Below are positions 1 through 10,910 of a stretch of DNA of 64,000 bases, one piece after another. The translations under genes and the position numbers were made by a program. The notes beneath the pieces are model-generated. The model searched no databases, had not been told where the DNA came from, and saw only the letters and a program-made list of their open reading frames with translations. This DNA comes from Octopus bimaculoides (lineage: Eukaryota), in contig NC_069007.1 in NCBI RefSeq assembly GCF_001194135.2, forward strand, positions 22,135,724-22,199,723. The letters are read 5' to 3'. Position 1 is the first letter of the stretch. Each line of letters starts with the position of its first letter.

Positions 1-37
<37 letters not shown>

Positions 38-591
38 AATACAAATAATGTGTGTATATGCATATATACATGTATGTACATACCTACATCTACATGTATA
101 TATAGATGCATATCTGGGTACAGGACGGCACAAAAAAAACGTAGACAAAATGAAAAGCAGAGCACAGAAAACACATAAGCCACATAGAGAACATCTTCAT
201 CAGCTGCAACCATTCTAAAACTAAGTGTTTTAGAATTGCATATGGTGTATATACAGACATGTCCTTACACCTCAGCATACATATACTTCTATGCACAAAT
301 ATACACATGCATATAACCATAAATGCACACCAGCATTCAGGTTCACAATCCAACAAGGGAAGGCTCCAGATATGGTGTTTATATATAAGGACGTGTCTGT
401 GTCTGTCCCCCACCACCATCGCTTGACAACCGGTGTTGGTGTGTTTGTGTCCCCTGTAACCTAGTGGTTTGGCAAAAGAGACCAATAGAATAAATACCAG
501 GCTTACAGAGAATAAGTCCTGGGGTCAGTTTTGTTCGGCTAAATGCAGTGCTTCAGCATGGCCACAGTCAAATAACTGAAACAAGTAAAAG

Positions 592-633
<42 letters not shown>

Positions 634-635
634 CA

Positions 636-1022
636 CAGGCGTGACTGTGTGGCAAGTAGCTTTCTTCTCAACCACATGGTTCTGGGTTCAGTCCTACTGC
701 ATGGCACCTTGGGCAAGTATCTTCTACTATAGCCTTGAGCCGACCAAAACCCTGTGTGTGGATTTGGTAGACAGAAACTGAAAGAAACCCATGATATATA
801 ACAAACACAGACACATAGATATATACATATGTATCTGTGTTTGTCCCTACATCATCAGTTGACAACCAATGTTGGTGTGTTTACATCCCCTGTAACTTAG
901 CGGTTCAGCAAAAAAAAAAAACTTGCAGAATAAGTAAAGTCCTGGTGTCAATTTGTTCAACTAAAATCTTTCACGGTGGTGCTGCAGCATGGCCACAGTC
1001 AAATGACTGAAACAAGTGAAAG
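636..1022 (+). mobile_element. tRNA-derived SINE (octopus-type head + internal microsatellite + tail); tail-only copy at ~360-590
   Basis: B-box-like GGGTTCAGTCC head and CCTTGGGCAAG core. Further copies at ~2530, 14200(-), 15500, 16140, 22700, 26725, 31560, 35470, 36560, 50200(-) and 54855. Confidence 0.85.
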
Positions 1023-3199
1023 CATACACACCCACTGCTCCGATTTTCCTCCTCGTTCCGTATGCCATCAAAATCAAATCCACTTGTATTTATCTCCCCT
1101 GTATCTCAGCTGCTGCTTGTAAGAGCTTCCACTGACGTTTAACCCTGGGCTAATCTTGATCAAGCTATGTACAACATTGCAAAACTATATCACAAAAACT
1201 GGATTCTTTGTCAAGCCAACAGATATCAGCTTTAGTTAGTTGCTGATGAAATATAAAACTCGAGTAAAATCTCAATTTGAATACAGCTCATATGTAAAGA
1301 ACGGTGCTACCATAACACAGTCATTCTAGACTATAAGCAAAAGAAGGCCATTTAACTAATCAACAGTTATCCACTCAGCAACACTATTAATTCTACCCCT
1401 TACAATACATAGTTTCTTAGGAAATTTCTCATAGGAGACTACATATTCTAGTCTCCTATAAAATACCCTATTTTCCAGCATCCAAGTCAATATAGTATGC
1501 AGTGTAAACATCCAAACATTGTCCCTATCTTCTCAAATCCTGCTGCATTTCACATGGAATGTTTGGTCCTCCAAAGTCGTCTTGGTGTATAAGTCAACCG
1601 ACATTTTTTGGCTGTAAACTTTGGCCTGAAAAGGTCAGCTACACTGCAGAGTGGGACTTGAGAGACAAAAGCACTTTACAGGGCACACATCATTGCACAT
1701 GGTGGCTTGCTGTTGAACTACATGCCAACGACAATTCTGCTTTGTCTCCTCCATCACCAACAAAGTAGTTGCTGCCACCCACCAGATGCCCCTTGAGGGG
1801 TGAATTGTGTTGTTCGCAAGAAGAGACTCAAGCATGACATTCTGAATGGCTAGTTGAGTCATATGCAAGCAATCCTTTTTGCCTTGATCTCTTCAAACAA
1901 GTTGGGTAGGATGGTTCCAAAGTGACGCCCCAGAAGAGCAATGTTGCCACTCACCATGCAGATGGTGCTCACTGAACTAAGGCTTACACACCTTGAGCTT
2001 GTGATGCTTTTGGAAAACAACTCATTTCTGGCTAAAGTCCCAGCTTGGAGAATTCAACCATTATTGCTCCCCAACAGCCTGGCACCTCTGCTCTATCAAG
2101 TGATTACACAAACCATTGCTATCTGTATACTCTTTTAATTGTGCTTCATCTCCAGACTCTGCAAAGGAGTTAGCATTGAAATTGAAAGTAAGTAGGTCAT
2201 TAATATAGAAGAGACATCGCTAAATGTTAGGATGAATTGGATTTGGTAGAAAGTGTGGCAGAAAAGGCACAGCACAGTGACATAGCTAGAGTATGTGCCA
2301 CTTGTGATAGCCCATGAGTTTGCTTCCCTCCCAGAGCCAATACAGCCTATACAAGTTTATACTGCAGGCTCAAAAGTACTGCCCTCTTAAAAGCATCACC
2401 TGGAGTTGACTGTCCCCCTTGCTCCCTCACTAGCTACACTACTGCCCCGGTTGAACTCGTAATGGTATAATCATAACCAGGCACCTTAGAAAGCTCCCAT
2501 GTCAGACTTAATATCAAATGCTTTACATAGTACCCTGGGTAAGTGTTTTCTACTATAGCTCTGAGCTGACCAAAGCCATGTAAGTGGATTTGGGAAATGA
2601 AAACTGAAAGAGCCCATTATGTTGAAGGTTTTAAAAAAAAAGGTGAGTGAATGTAGCAAAGATGGTGCATACAAGTGATGAAACCACTTTGAGCATGCTC
2701 CTGTCAATCGAAAAGAGAGAGAGAGAGAGCACTTTGCTCATGTGTTTATTCCCCCCCCCCCCCCTGCCTGAGGTTACCGTGGTCTTTTCTGTAGGCTTTT
2801 CTTTCCATGGATAAACCTAATCTTGCTTTTTACACGATCCCTTTTGATCGAAATTTTACCTTTCTTTTTTCTCATTTTTTCCCCTTTTTCTTTTTCATTT
2901 TCGAAAAGAAGAGCTGTACATTTGTATTTGTCCCCTCTGTGTTCAGCCCCGTGGGGCCAATAAAGCAAGTTATCTATCTCTCTATCTATACACATACACA
3001 CATATCACTAACTGAACAACACACACATAACATACATACATTTATATATGAGAGAGAAACAGATTGGTAAAGTGATGGAAAACTAGATGCTGGAAAAAAT
3101 GAAGTAGAGCAGCAATAAAAAAAGAATTTACACACAGATATACTTGTATGTGGGTGAGCAGGATTATTTCATCATATATATATTTATATATATATATAT

Positions 3200-3680
3200 A
3201 TGACAAATACAAGGATATTGCTAGAAGGAAAGGAAGAAATAGATTGAGGGAGTTATTAGTTAAAATGAGAGAAAGGGAGAGAGCACAAAATTAGAGACAG
3301 AAAGGAAGAAGACAACAGAAAAGAGCGAGGGAAAGAAAGAAAAGGACGATGTAAAAATAGAGTGAAGGAAACTTAAAGAAAAAAACAAGGCAAATAAGGT
3401 GGAGATATAAACAGATGAAGATGGCATAAACTTAGAGGAAGTAGAGACTGAGATAGAATTAGAGAGAGAGATGAAGGGAAAATGGTAACTTATTAGAGAC
3501 TGGGAAAGAAAGAAAATTAGAGTGGTAAAGAAATAGAGAGAATAACGGCGAAGATAGCGCTTGAGATAAAGAGAAAGGAGAGACAGAGAAAGATATTAGG
3601 ATAGAGAGAGACGACAGAGAAAGAGTGATTAGGATAGAGAGAGACGATGGAAAAGTAGATGCTGGAAAGGGTGCAGTGGA
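3200..3680 (+). repeat. GA-rich low-complexity tract
   Basis: Strong purine bias with AGAG/GAAA reiterations. Confidence 0.8.
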
Positions 3681-3689
3681 GGTGCAGTT

Positions 3690-4230
3690 GAGTTGCAGCA
3701 TAAAAGCTGTTGGAGTTTATTGGTTTCATCAGTAAGAAGAGTTCCCTTTCTGCTTCCAAGATTCACAAGTTCATGGTAAGTGCGTTTATATATTTATAAA
3801 TATATTTATATATGTTTAGCGTGTTTCTATATTGTTTAAGCCAGTCGTTTGTCTCGTCACTTGTTTATCACTTTATTTGGTTAATTGTATGTAATAATTA
3901 AAAGAAGGCTCGCTATAAGTCATCTACAATGATCAGCCTCTCGGTTCCCCCTTCCTTCCTCCCTCTCTCTCTCTTCATCTCCTGTCTCCACCACCACCAC
4001 CTTCACCATCACAACATTGTACTTGCTTAGCTGCCATCAAGCATCTGGCTTTCTCTCAGTCGTTTTCCGTTTTTGTTTCCCACTCTGTGTTATGTATCCG
4101 GTTTTTATGGTGTGCCAGGTAGATTGTAGAGGCAAGAATGGAAAGACTAAAGCCCAAAGTAAACGGTGTTTTTGTCACAGTGAAAAGGTCAAGGCGAAAC
4201 CTGAGGGCCGCCATTTTGTCCCACAGCTGA
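3690..4230. promoter_or_regulatory. Promoter-like region with YY1-type motif GCCGCCATTTTG (4207-4218) and + strand donor CATG|GTAAGT (3775/3776)
   Basis: CpG retained, flanked by a long GA-rich tract; consensus YY1 motif; strong 5' splice site. Confidence 0.45.
4056..4214 (-). CDS. Candidate 52-aa small ORF with one hydrophobic segment
   Basis: ACAAAATGGCG optimal start context; MAALRFRLDLFTVTKTPFTLGFSLSILASTIYLAHHKNRIHNTEWETKTEND*. It is below the ORF-track length cutoff, and no homologue was firmly recognised. Confidence 0.35.
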   Translation of the reverse strand: MAALRFRLDLFTVTKTPFTLGFSLSILASTIYLAHHKNRIHNTEWETKTEND

Positions 4231-4239
4231 AGCTGGGAT

Positions 4240-5050
4240 GAAATAATAATAATAATAATGATTAATACTAATGATCAGCAATAATTAGAAACATTTGATG
4301 TAAAAAAACAATAATAATAACGACAATAATGAATCATAATAACGGCAGGAATATTTGAAATAGCAGCATACGACGAAAGGAGATAATCGTCATAATAATT
4401 AACAGCAGCAATCAGTAACATTTGAAATAACGACAATAAAAATAGTAATAGTAACAACTAACAGCAATAATTAGTCATATTTAAAAATAATGATGATATT
4501 TCTAATAAATAATACTATAAAAATTGTGATTCTAGTAGCAATGGTCACTTTTTTATATTCTACAAAGTGTAAGGTGTTCTAACATTACTGAAGTACAATG
4601 CAATACATATACTGTATAACAAAGTGTGGGGTGTGTTTTGTCTAACAGTTGTAGTAGTAGTAGTAGTAGTATGCAAGTTATAAATCATATTAAAAATTAT
4701 AGTAAACAACAATAAAGATTAATATCTAGTAGTAGCAGTAGTAATGCGATAGCAAAAAGAATAATATATAGTAATTCAACAATAAGAATACTATATGGTC
4801 GTATAGTAACGCATCGATAATGATAATATATAGTAGTAGTATAATAACGATAATATATAGTAGTATTGTAGTATTAATAAAATATATAGAGTAGTAATAC
4901 AATACGATATGAAGAATAGTAATAGAATAATATTAGTATTATAGAAATAAGGATATGTTATATAGCAATAACAACGAATATAGTTGTAAAATAGCAGATA
5001 TGATAATGTAATTTTATTGTATAATAATCATATTGTTGTAATAATACTAA
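4240..5050. repeat. Degenerate (AAT)n/(TAG)n low-complexity tract
   Basis: Trinucleotide periodicity is visible throughout. Confidence 0.85.
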
Positions 5051-5084
5051 AATATTGATAATAGTCTATCGTGTTTTTTTAAAC

Positions 5085-5260
5085 GTAATTTTACGTTGTG
5101 AGTTCAAATCCCGCTGAGGTCAACTTTGTCTTTTATCCTTCCGGGGTTGATTAAGTAAAGTGCCAATTAAGTATTGTCAATATTATCGACTATTCCACTA
5201 ACCCCAAAATTTTTGGCCTTATGCCTATATTAGAAATTGTTCTTATTATTTATTTGCAAC
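5085..5260 (+). mobile_element. Deu/Nin-domain-like SINE
   Basis: GAGTTCAAATCCCGC-TGAGGTCAACTTTG-CTTTTATCCTTCCGGGGTTGAT resembles the DeuSINE central domain. Other copies at 8110(+), 8475(-), 9470(-), 24910(-), 29870(-), 40340(+), 40565(-) and 40785(-). Confidence 0.7.
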
Positions 5261-5333
5261 TTGGAGCCATTCGTTTTATAACAAAACGTGTTATAAAATG
5301 GATTATTGGATGTGTGAGCATGCACGAATATAT

Positions 5334-5503
5334 TACCGTATTTACTCATGTGTAAACAGCATTATTTTATACTTGATTTTTAAACTGATAAAACTGGGTG
5401 CGACTTACATAGGAGGTAAAACTGAATCAGTGAAGGAAGAACACTTTGTATTAAGATTTAACACTAAATTAGGGGTGCGCCTTATACACGAGTAAATAGG
5501 TTA
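5334..5503. mobile_element. Tc1/pogo-type MITE
   Basis: Imperfect TIRs TACCGTATTTACTC.TGT / ACACGAGTAAATAGGTTA with TA ends; a shorter relative at 20257-20338. Confidence 0.6.
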
Positions 5504-5719
5504 ATTACGAACGAAGAGGGAACAAAGATGTTTAAAGACGTAAAGAATTTAATTGCAAATAAAACAGTAAATATGCAACTATATATGTGTGTGTATGTAT
5601 GTATATATGTTTGTGTGTATGTGTGCGTGTGAAAACAGTTGAACACTTGTAAATAAATATGATTAAAACAGGGACAAGAGAAACAAATAAAGGCAGACAT
5701 TTAGACTGGATCAGATCCC

Positions 5720-6800
5720 TTCATGACTCCAACCTGTTTGTACTCGAGTTTCTTGCATTCAGATTCTAATTCCTTCACAGCTACTACTTCATCCATGTGC
5801 TTCTCCTAGGGTTGTTCCATGGATCCCCCACTTTAATCCCTCTGTGTCTTTAGAAAGAAGAGATGCCCCCCCCCCACTTCCATTTATTATAGACACCTTT
5901 GGTTGGGACTCATTACTTTTCTTCTTTGCCACTCTCCTCTCTTTGCTGTTCACTTGCCACATCTCTCTAGCTTCCATTTGCTCCTCGTCATCACATGATG
6001 TTGGGAGTGGGGAGACTTGGGCATCAACAACCCCTGGTATTGAGGATGAAGTGATTACCCTTGCCATCCTTGGAGCTGCAATTGGTAATGATTAGGAAAC
6101 TAGCTTCTGAGGCTTGCTGTCATCCATTGCTTTCTTTATTTGCTTTTCTGGTTCCTCGACAGTTTTCAAATGACTCTTACTGCCATTTGTCTAATGACTG
6201 GGCTTGTTACCCTACACCACCAGCCAAATGGCTTTTCTTTGGGTTTTCTTTCTTCACCTATGATGAGGTACAGCTGCAGACTGGCTCTGTAGCTTTTGAG
6301 AGCAGGGAGTCGTCAAGATCTGCATTTCATGCAGTTCTCTAAACGCTGCCTTTCATCATTCACAATTTGCCTGTACGGTACTGAAAAAATTCTAAATCAA
6401 AGGTCAATGTTTACTGCCAATGTCCTTCATTTTGATCCTTGTGTCCAGCTGTCCTATGTATTGTGGCACCAACCTGTGGACATGTGCATGTCACACACCA
6501 ACCTATCCTGATGCCTGGTCTTGAAGACTAGGTACATACCTCCATACACCCCTACTCTGGTCAGTGGAAATTGCATCACCTCTAACATCATTCCAGGCTG
6601 TATTCAACTATTGTTTTGTGGGCAAATGGAAGCCTTTTCCGTTTCTGGCAGGATAGAGGTACATTATTCTCTTAATTTCTACTCCCCTGATATATTTCAA
6701 AGATAAGAAGCCACTGTCCTTTGTGCCCTTGCAAAATACCACTTTTATGTTCTGGGAGGTGACCTGCATTAAGGAGTCCCTGTTGGCTGCCAATGACTGA
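5720..6800 (-). mobile_element. Possible decayed non-LTR retrotransposon ORF1-like remnant
   Basis: Non-repetitive, higher-complexity block; minus-strand fragments such as HVHRLVPQYIG and CMKCR are broken by stops. Family assignment is weak. Confidence 0.3.
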
Positions 6801-7734
6801 AACTGCTGCTATTAATGTTATCAATGATGTTTTCATTTGAATTGTTCTGTACTGGGCAAGTATTTATATCTAAATTTTCTATATTTGGTTAAACTGTTTT
6901 CCTTTGTGAGCTGTATTGTGATGCATGTATGAATAAGTGCCTGAATTTTCTGTGTTTAATTTTGTTTTAGAGAGAGGAGATATTTGTTTAAATTACCACT
7001 ACCACCACAGTGGTAAGCTCCTATTAACACTTCACTGTCAGAAGAAGCCATTTTGTGAAAGCATAAAAATGCCTAAATGTCCACAGACAAATCTTATTTC
7101 TTTCCACTCCAAGGACACCTGAACATTCCAAAGCTTTCTCTTGGCAAATTAATTAAAAAACAAATTTTTTTAATGAAATAAATCACGATTAACTTCTAAT
7201 TCCTTCGGGAACTCCATTGTAAATGTTTGCCCATGGCAAAGACAATAAGAACAATGTTTATTTTTATCATTTGCCACAAGTCAAACAAAATAATTATAAT
7301 TATAACCAAAGTAATAGTAATTATTTTATTTTATGTATAACTGATATGATTAAGGATTCTAAATAGATTAGTGAAATAAATATGCAATGACAGGGGACAG
7401 TAATGGAATAACAAGGATGAATTAGGTCTGAATAATTCTTTATTGGCTTTTTAAAATAGTTGATGCAAGGGTTACTACATACTGGGTTACTACAATAAAC
7501 AGAAAACAGATAAAATAACAAATGCTATAGTTTCAGTATTGAGTGTTTCTGTGTACATTTGTGTGTGTGTGTGTGTGTGGATCACTTCAGTAAGATCCAG
7601 GAGACCGTGATCAATGGCTCGTTAGCATTTAGTATGCATATGGCTTGTATAGAATCCTTGAAAGAAAAAATGATAGATCAATAAAATTTATGTGTATGTA
7701 TGTGTTGTTTATTGTTGACTGACTTGCTTCTTTA

Positions 7735-7779
<45 letters not shown>

Positions 7780-8109
7780 ATATATATNNNNNNNNNNNNN
7801 NNNNNNNNNNNNNNNNNNNNNNNNNNNNNNNNNNNNNNNNNNNNNNNNNNNNNNNNNNNNNNNNTGTGTTTATGTATTTGTGTTTGCAAGATTCCTGATG
7901 TGAAATTGTGTGCTGAAACAGATATTGTTATAGATGTTTTCGATCTGGTTTGGATTCTTTGCCATCAAATTTGGTTGCAAAGAATTCAAATTTGATGGCA
8001 AAGAATCCAAACTAGATCGAAAACATCTATATATTTGGGGATGGTCTTTTTTTGGCCAATGAAACACAAGCACTATTTATTTGGTCTTCATGTTTTTATC
8101 ATTGTTAAG

Positions 8110-8615
8110 GTGGTAAGCTGGCAGAATTGTCAGCACGCCAGGCAAAATGCTTAGCAGCATTTCATCTGTCTTTACATTCTGAGTTCAAATTCTGCCGTGG
8201 TCGACTTTGCCTTTCATCCTTTTGGGGTTGATGTAATCGACTATCCCCTCCTCCAAATTACAGGCCTTGTGCCTATAGTAGAAAGGCTTATTATTGTTAT
8301 TATTATTATTACTAGTTAATTTGTTAGTTTCTTTTGTCATAAATTCTGTAATGTCTTCCATGGAACAGACAGGACAAGAGGCAACATATGGGAGAGAAAG
8401 TCACTGAAGAGGTCACAGAATGTGTGACGAAAGAACTCTGACAGATAAACTAATAATAATAATGATGATTTCATATTTTGGCACAAGGCCAGCAAGTTTG
8501 GGGGTGGGAGTAAGTTGATTACATTGACCCCCACTGCTCAACTTGTACACTTTTTTATTGACCTCAAAAGGATGAAAGGCAAAGTCAACTGTGGCAGAAT
8601 TTGAGCTTAGAATGT
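8110..8615. mobile_element. Two Deu/Nin-like SINE copies in inverted orientation
   Basis: + copy ~8110-8300 and - copy ~8475-8615 share the GTCGACTTTGCCTTTCATCC core. Confidence 0.75.
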
Positions 8616-8967
8616 GAAAATGGGATATGATTGCAGGACATAAATGGTTGTACCTAAATACCACAAGGTATTTAATCATTCATCCTCAAGATTGTGCTAC
8701 TCATTGGCCTTGTATTATAACTTTCATATTACCGACAAAGTGCAACTATTATTGCAGCTAGCTTTATCGTGACACATTTATTTCTGATTGTTGCAGTGTA
8801 ATTGCTTTTTACTGTTAAATAGATAAATACTTGAGGTGTGTCATTATTAATAAGATTATAATTTTTGGGATTAATTAGTGAAGTAATTTTCAAAGGCAAT
8901 AAATTTTTTAATGTTGGTGGGAAGATAAAATATCCTATAAAATGTCTTTCAACAGTTTAGGTTCAAG

Positions 8968-9620
8968 TGTGGGTGTTGGGTAAGAAGTTTGCTTCCCAAC
9001 CACATGGTTCTAGGTTCAGTCCTACTGTGTGGCATCCTGGGCAAATGTCTTCTACTATAGTCTTGGTGCTAACCAAAGATTTGTGAGTGGATTATCTGAA
9101 TGTGGCCAATGCCAGTGTATCCTGACTGGCTCCTATGCCGGTGGCACGTAAAAAGCAGCCACTACACTCTCGGAGTGGTTGGCGTTAGGAAGGGCATCCA
9201 GCTGTAGAAACATTGCCAGATCAGATTGGAGCCTGGTGCAGCCGCTGGCTCTCTAGACCTCAGTCAAACCGTCCAACCCATGCCAGCATGGAAAACAGAC
9301 GTTAAACAATGGCTGTGTGGCAAATAGTTTGCTTACCAACCACATGGTCCTGGGTTCAGTCCTACTTTGTGACACCATAGGCAGGTGTCTTCTACTATGG
9401 CCTTGGGCCGACCTAAGCCTTGTGAGTGGCCTTGGTAGACGGAAACTGGAAGAAGCTCCGGTGTTTCACTGGTACTTAATTTATCAACCCCGAAAAAGAT
9501 GAAAGGCAAAGTTGACCTCAGCAGAATATGAACTCTGAACATAGTGACAGGTAAAATACTGCTAAGCCTTTTGTCCAGCATGCTAATGATTCTGCCAGCT
9601 GACCACCTTAACGACATTGA
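8968..9620. mobile_element. Nested SINE cluster (two tRNA-derived heads, an RTE-tail-type body, reversed Deu-like SINE)
   Basis: GGCGTTAGGAAGGGCATCCAGCTGTAGAAAC...AACCCATGCCAGCATGGAAAAC body, also seen at ~25680(-), 26490, 28480, 32040(-), 43380(-) and 44310(-). Confidence 0.75.
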
Positions 9621-10379
9621 AATAATAAAAGCAGTAAACAAAAGAAGAGATGAAATAAAAAGAGAGGGAGAGAGAAGCGAGTAAGACTTTAAATGATACT
9701 GCAGTGAGGATATGAGGAAAAGTTATAAAGACTGAGAAGAAGAGAAGAGAATTTGTGATCATATATTTTTTAATGGAAACAGTTAAATAGAGGTGGTTAG
9801 GAGAGAAAGAGAGTGCAAGGAGAGAGACTGGTGCTAGGATGAGAAAGGGACAGTTATAGAGGAAGAGGAATAGAAGTGGGAAATAAAGAAATAGAAAGAG
9901 AGAAGGAAGGAAGACATTAAAAACAATTCTCTCGTTCAGTGAATTAAAATTGAATTATGTAGTTGGAATCTTCAATAATAAAAGGACGTTTAAAACCACA
10001 TTTTGACAAAAATATCTGACAATTAGGATTTTTAAAAATATTTCTAGAGGGAGTAGACTTCAATAATTACTTTTTTTAAAGTAAAAGTTACATACTTCAA
10101 ACCAATTAGCAACTTTCTTTATTATAGTCTGATGATGATGATGTGTGTGCATGTTTGAATTTACACACACACACACTTCAAGTAAATACACCATCTTTTT
10201 GAAAGGTAAATTTCTAGAAACAAAATAACAATGCATTTAAATACTTATGCTAGTATTTAGTAGACATAATGATAGTGGTAGCAGTAATAATAGTTGCAAA
10301 AACCAAAAATAAAATATTATTGGATTGTAAACTTTTTCTGTGGCTGATAAAAGCAAAGATCGAAGTGGAAAAGTCCACT

Positions 10380-10910
10380 TGAGTATATCAAACGTTGAGC
10401 CTCACAGAGGGAATGACAAAAGACAGAGACCTCTGGAGGTATGCTGTGACTGAGAAGACTAGGCAAATACAATGAGTCCATAGCTGTAACCTCCACCAGT
10501 GTCGCATAACCAGACCACTCAAAAGTACCTTGGATCGTAGGGTGACATGCCGTGCTTGAGGAGACCTATTGAGTCAAGTACATCAACTCAACATCAACAG
10601 CAATATCAAAATCAAATCAAATGGAAATTGTAGTTGTGAGCCCCGTGCTGGTAGCACATAAAAAGCACCATCCGAACATGGCCGATGCCAGTGCCGCTTT
10701 GACTGGCTTCCATGCCAATGGCACATAAAATACACCATCCGATCATAGTCGATGCCAGCTCCTCTTGTGGTAGGAGACCCAGGAAGATGTAGGACGAAGT
10801 GGTGAAAGCTTATCTCGTGAGTTTGACTCTACAGGTGATGGCAAAGAACTGGAACGACTGTCAATGTGTGGTGCTCAAGACAACCGACCTATCTTGGTGA
10901 AAATGAGGTT
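10380..10910 (+). mobile_element. RTE-clade LINE 3' end remnants
   Basis: Fragments LSLTEGMTKDRDLWRYAV and CGRRPRK.DEVVK resemble the RTE reverse-transcriptase C-terminus. Confidence 0.55.

Noticed and set aside
90-485. 131-aa minus-strand ORF and similar YIYI/HTHT ORFs (47275-47672, 48340-48698, 50770-51283)
   Set aside because: They are composed of SINE tail and dinucleotide microsatellite translations.
636-720. tRNA-like A/B-box sequences in many places
   Set aside because: They are SINE heads with no complete cloverleaf and are always followed by SINE body sequence.
1540-2170. Cluster of short ORFs in a higher-complexity block
   Set aside because: No continuous frame, convincing splice pair or recognisable domain was found. 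It is probably a decayed transposon that could not be assigned.
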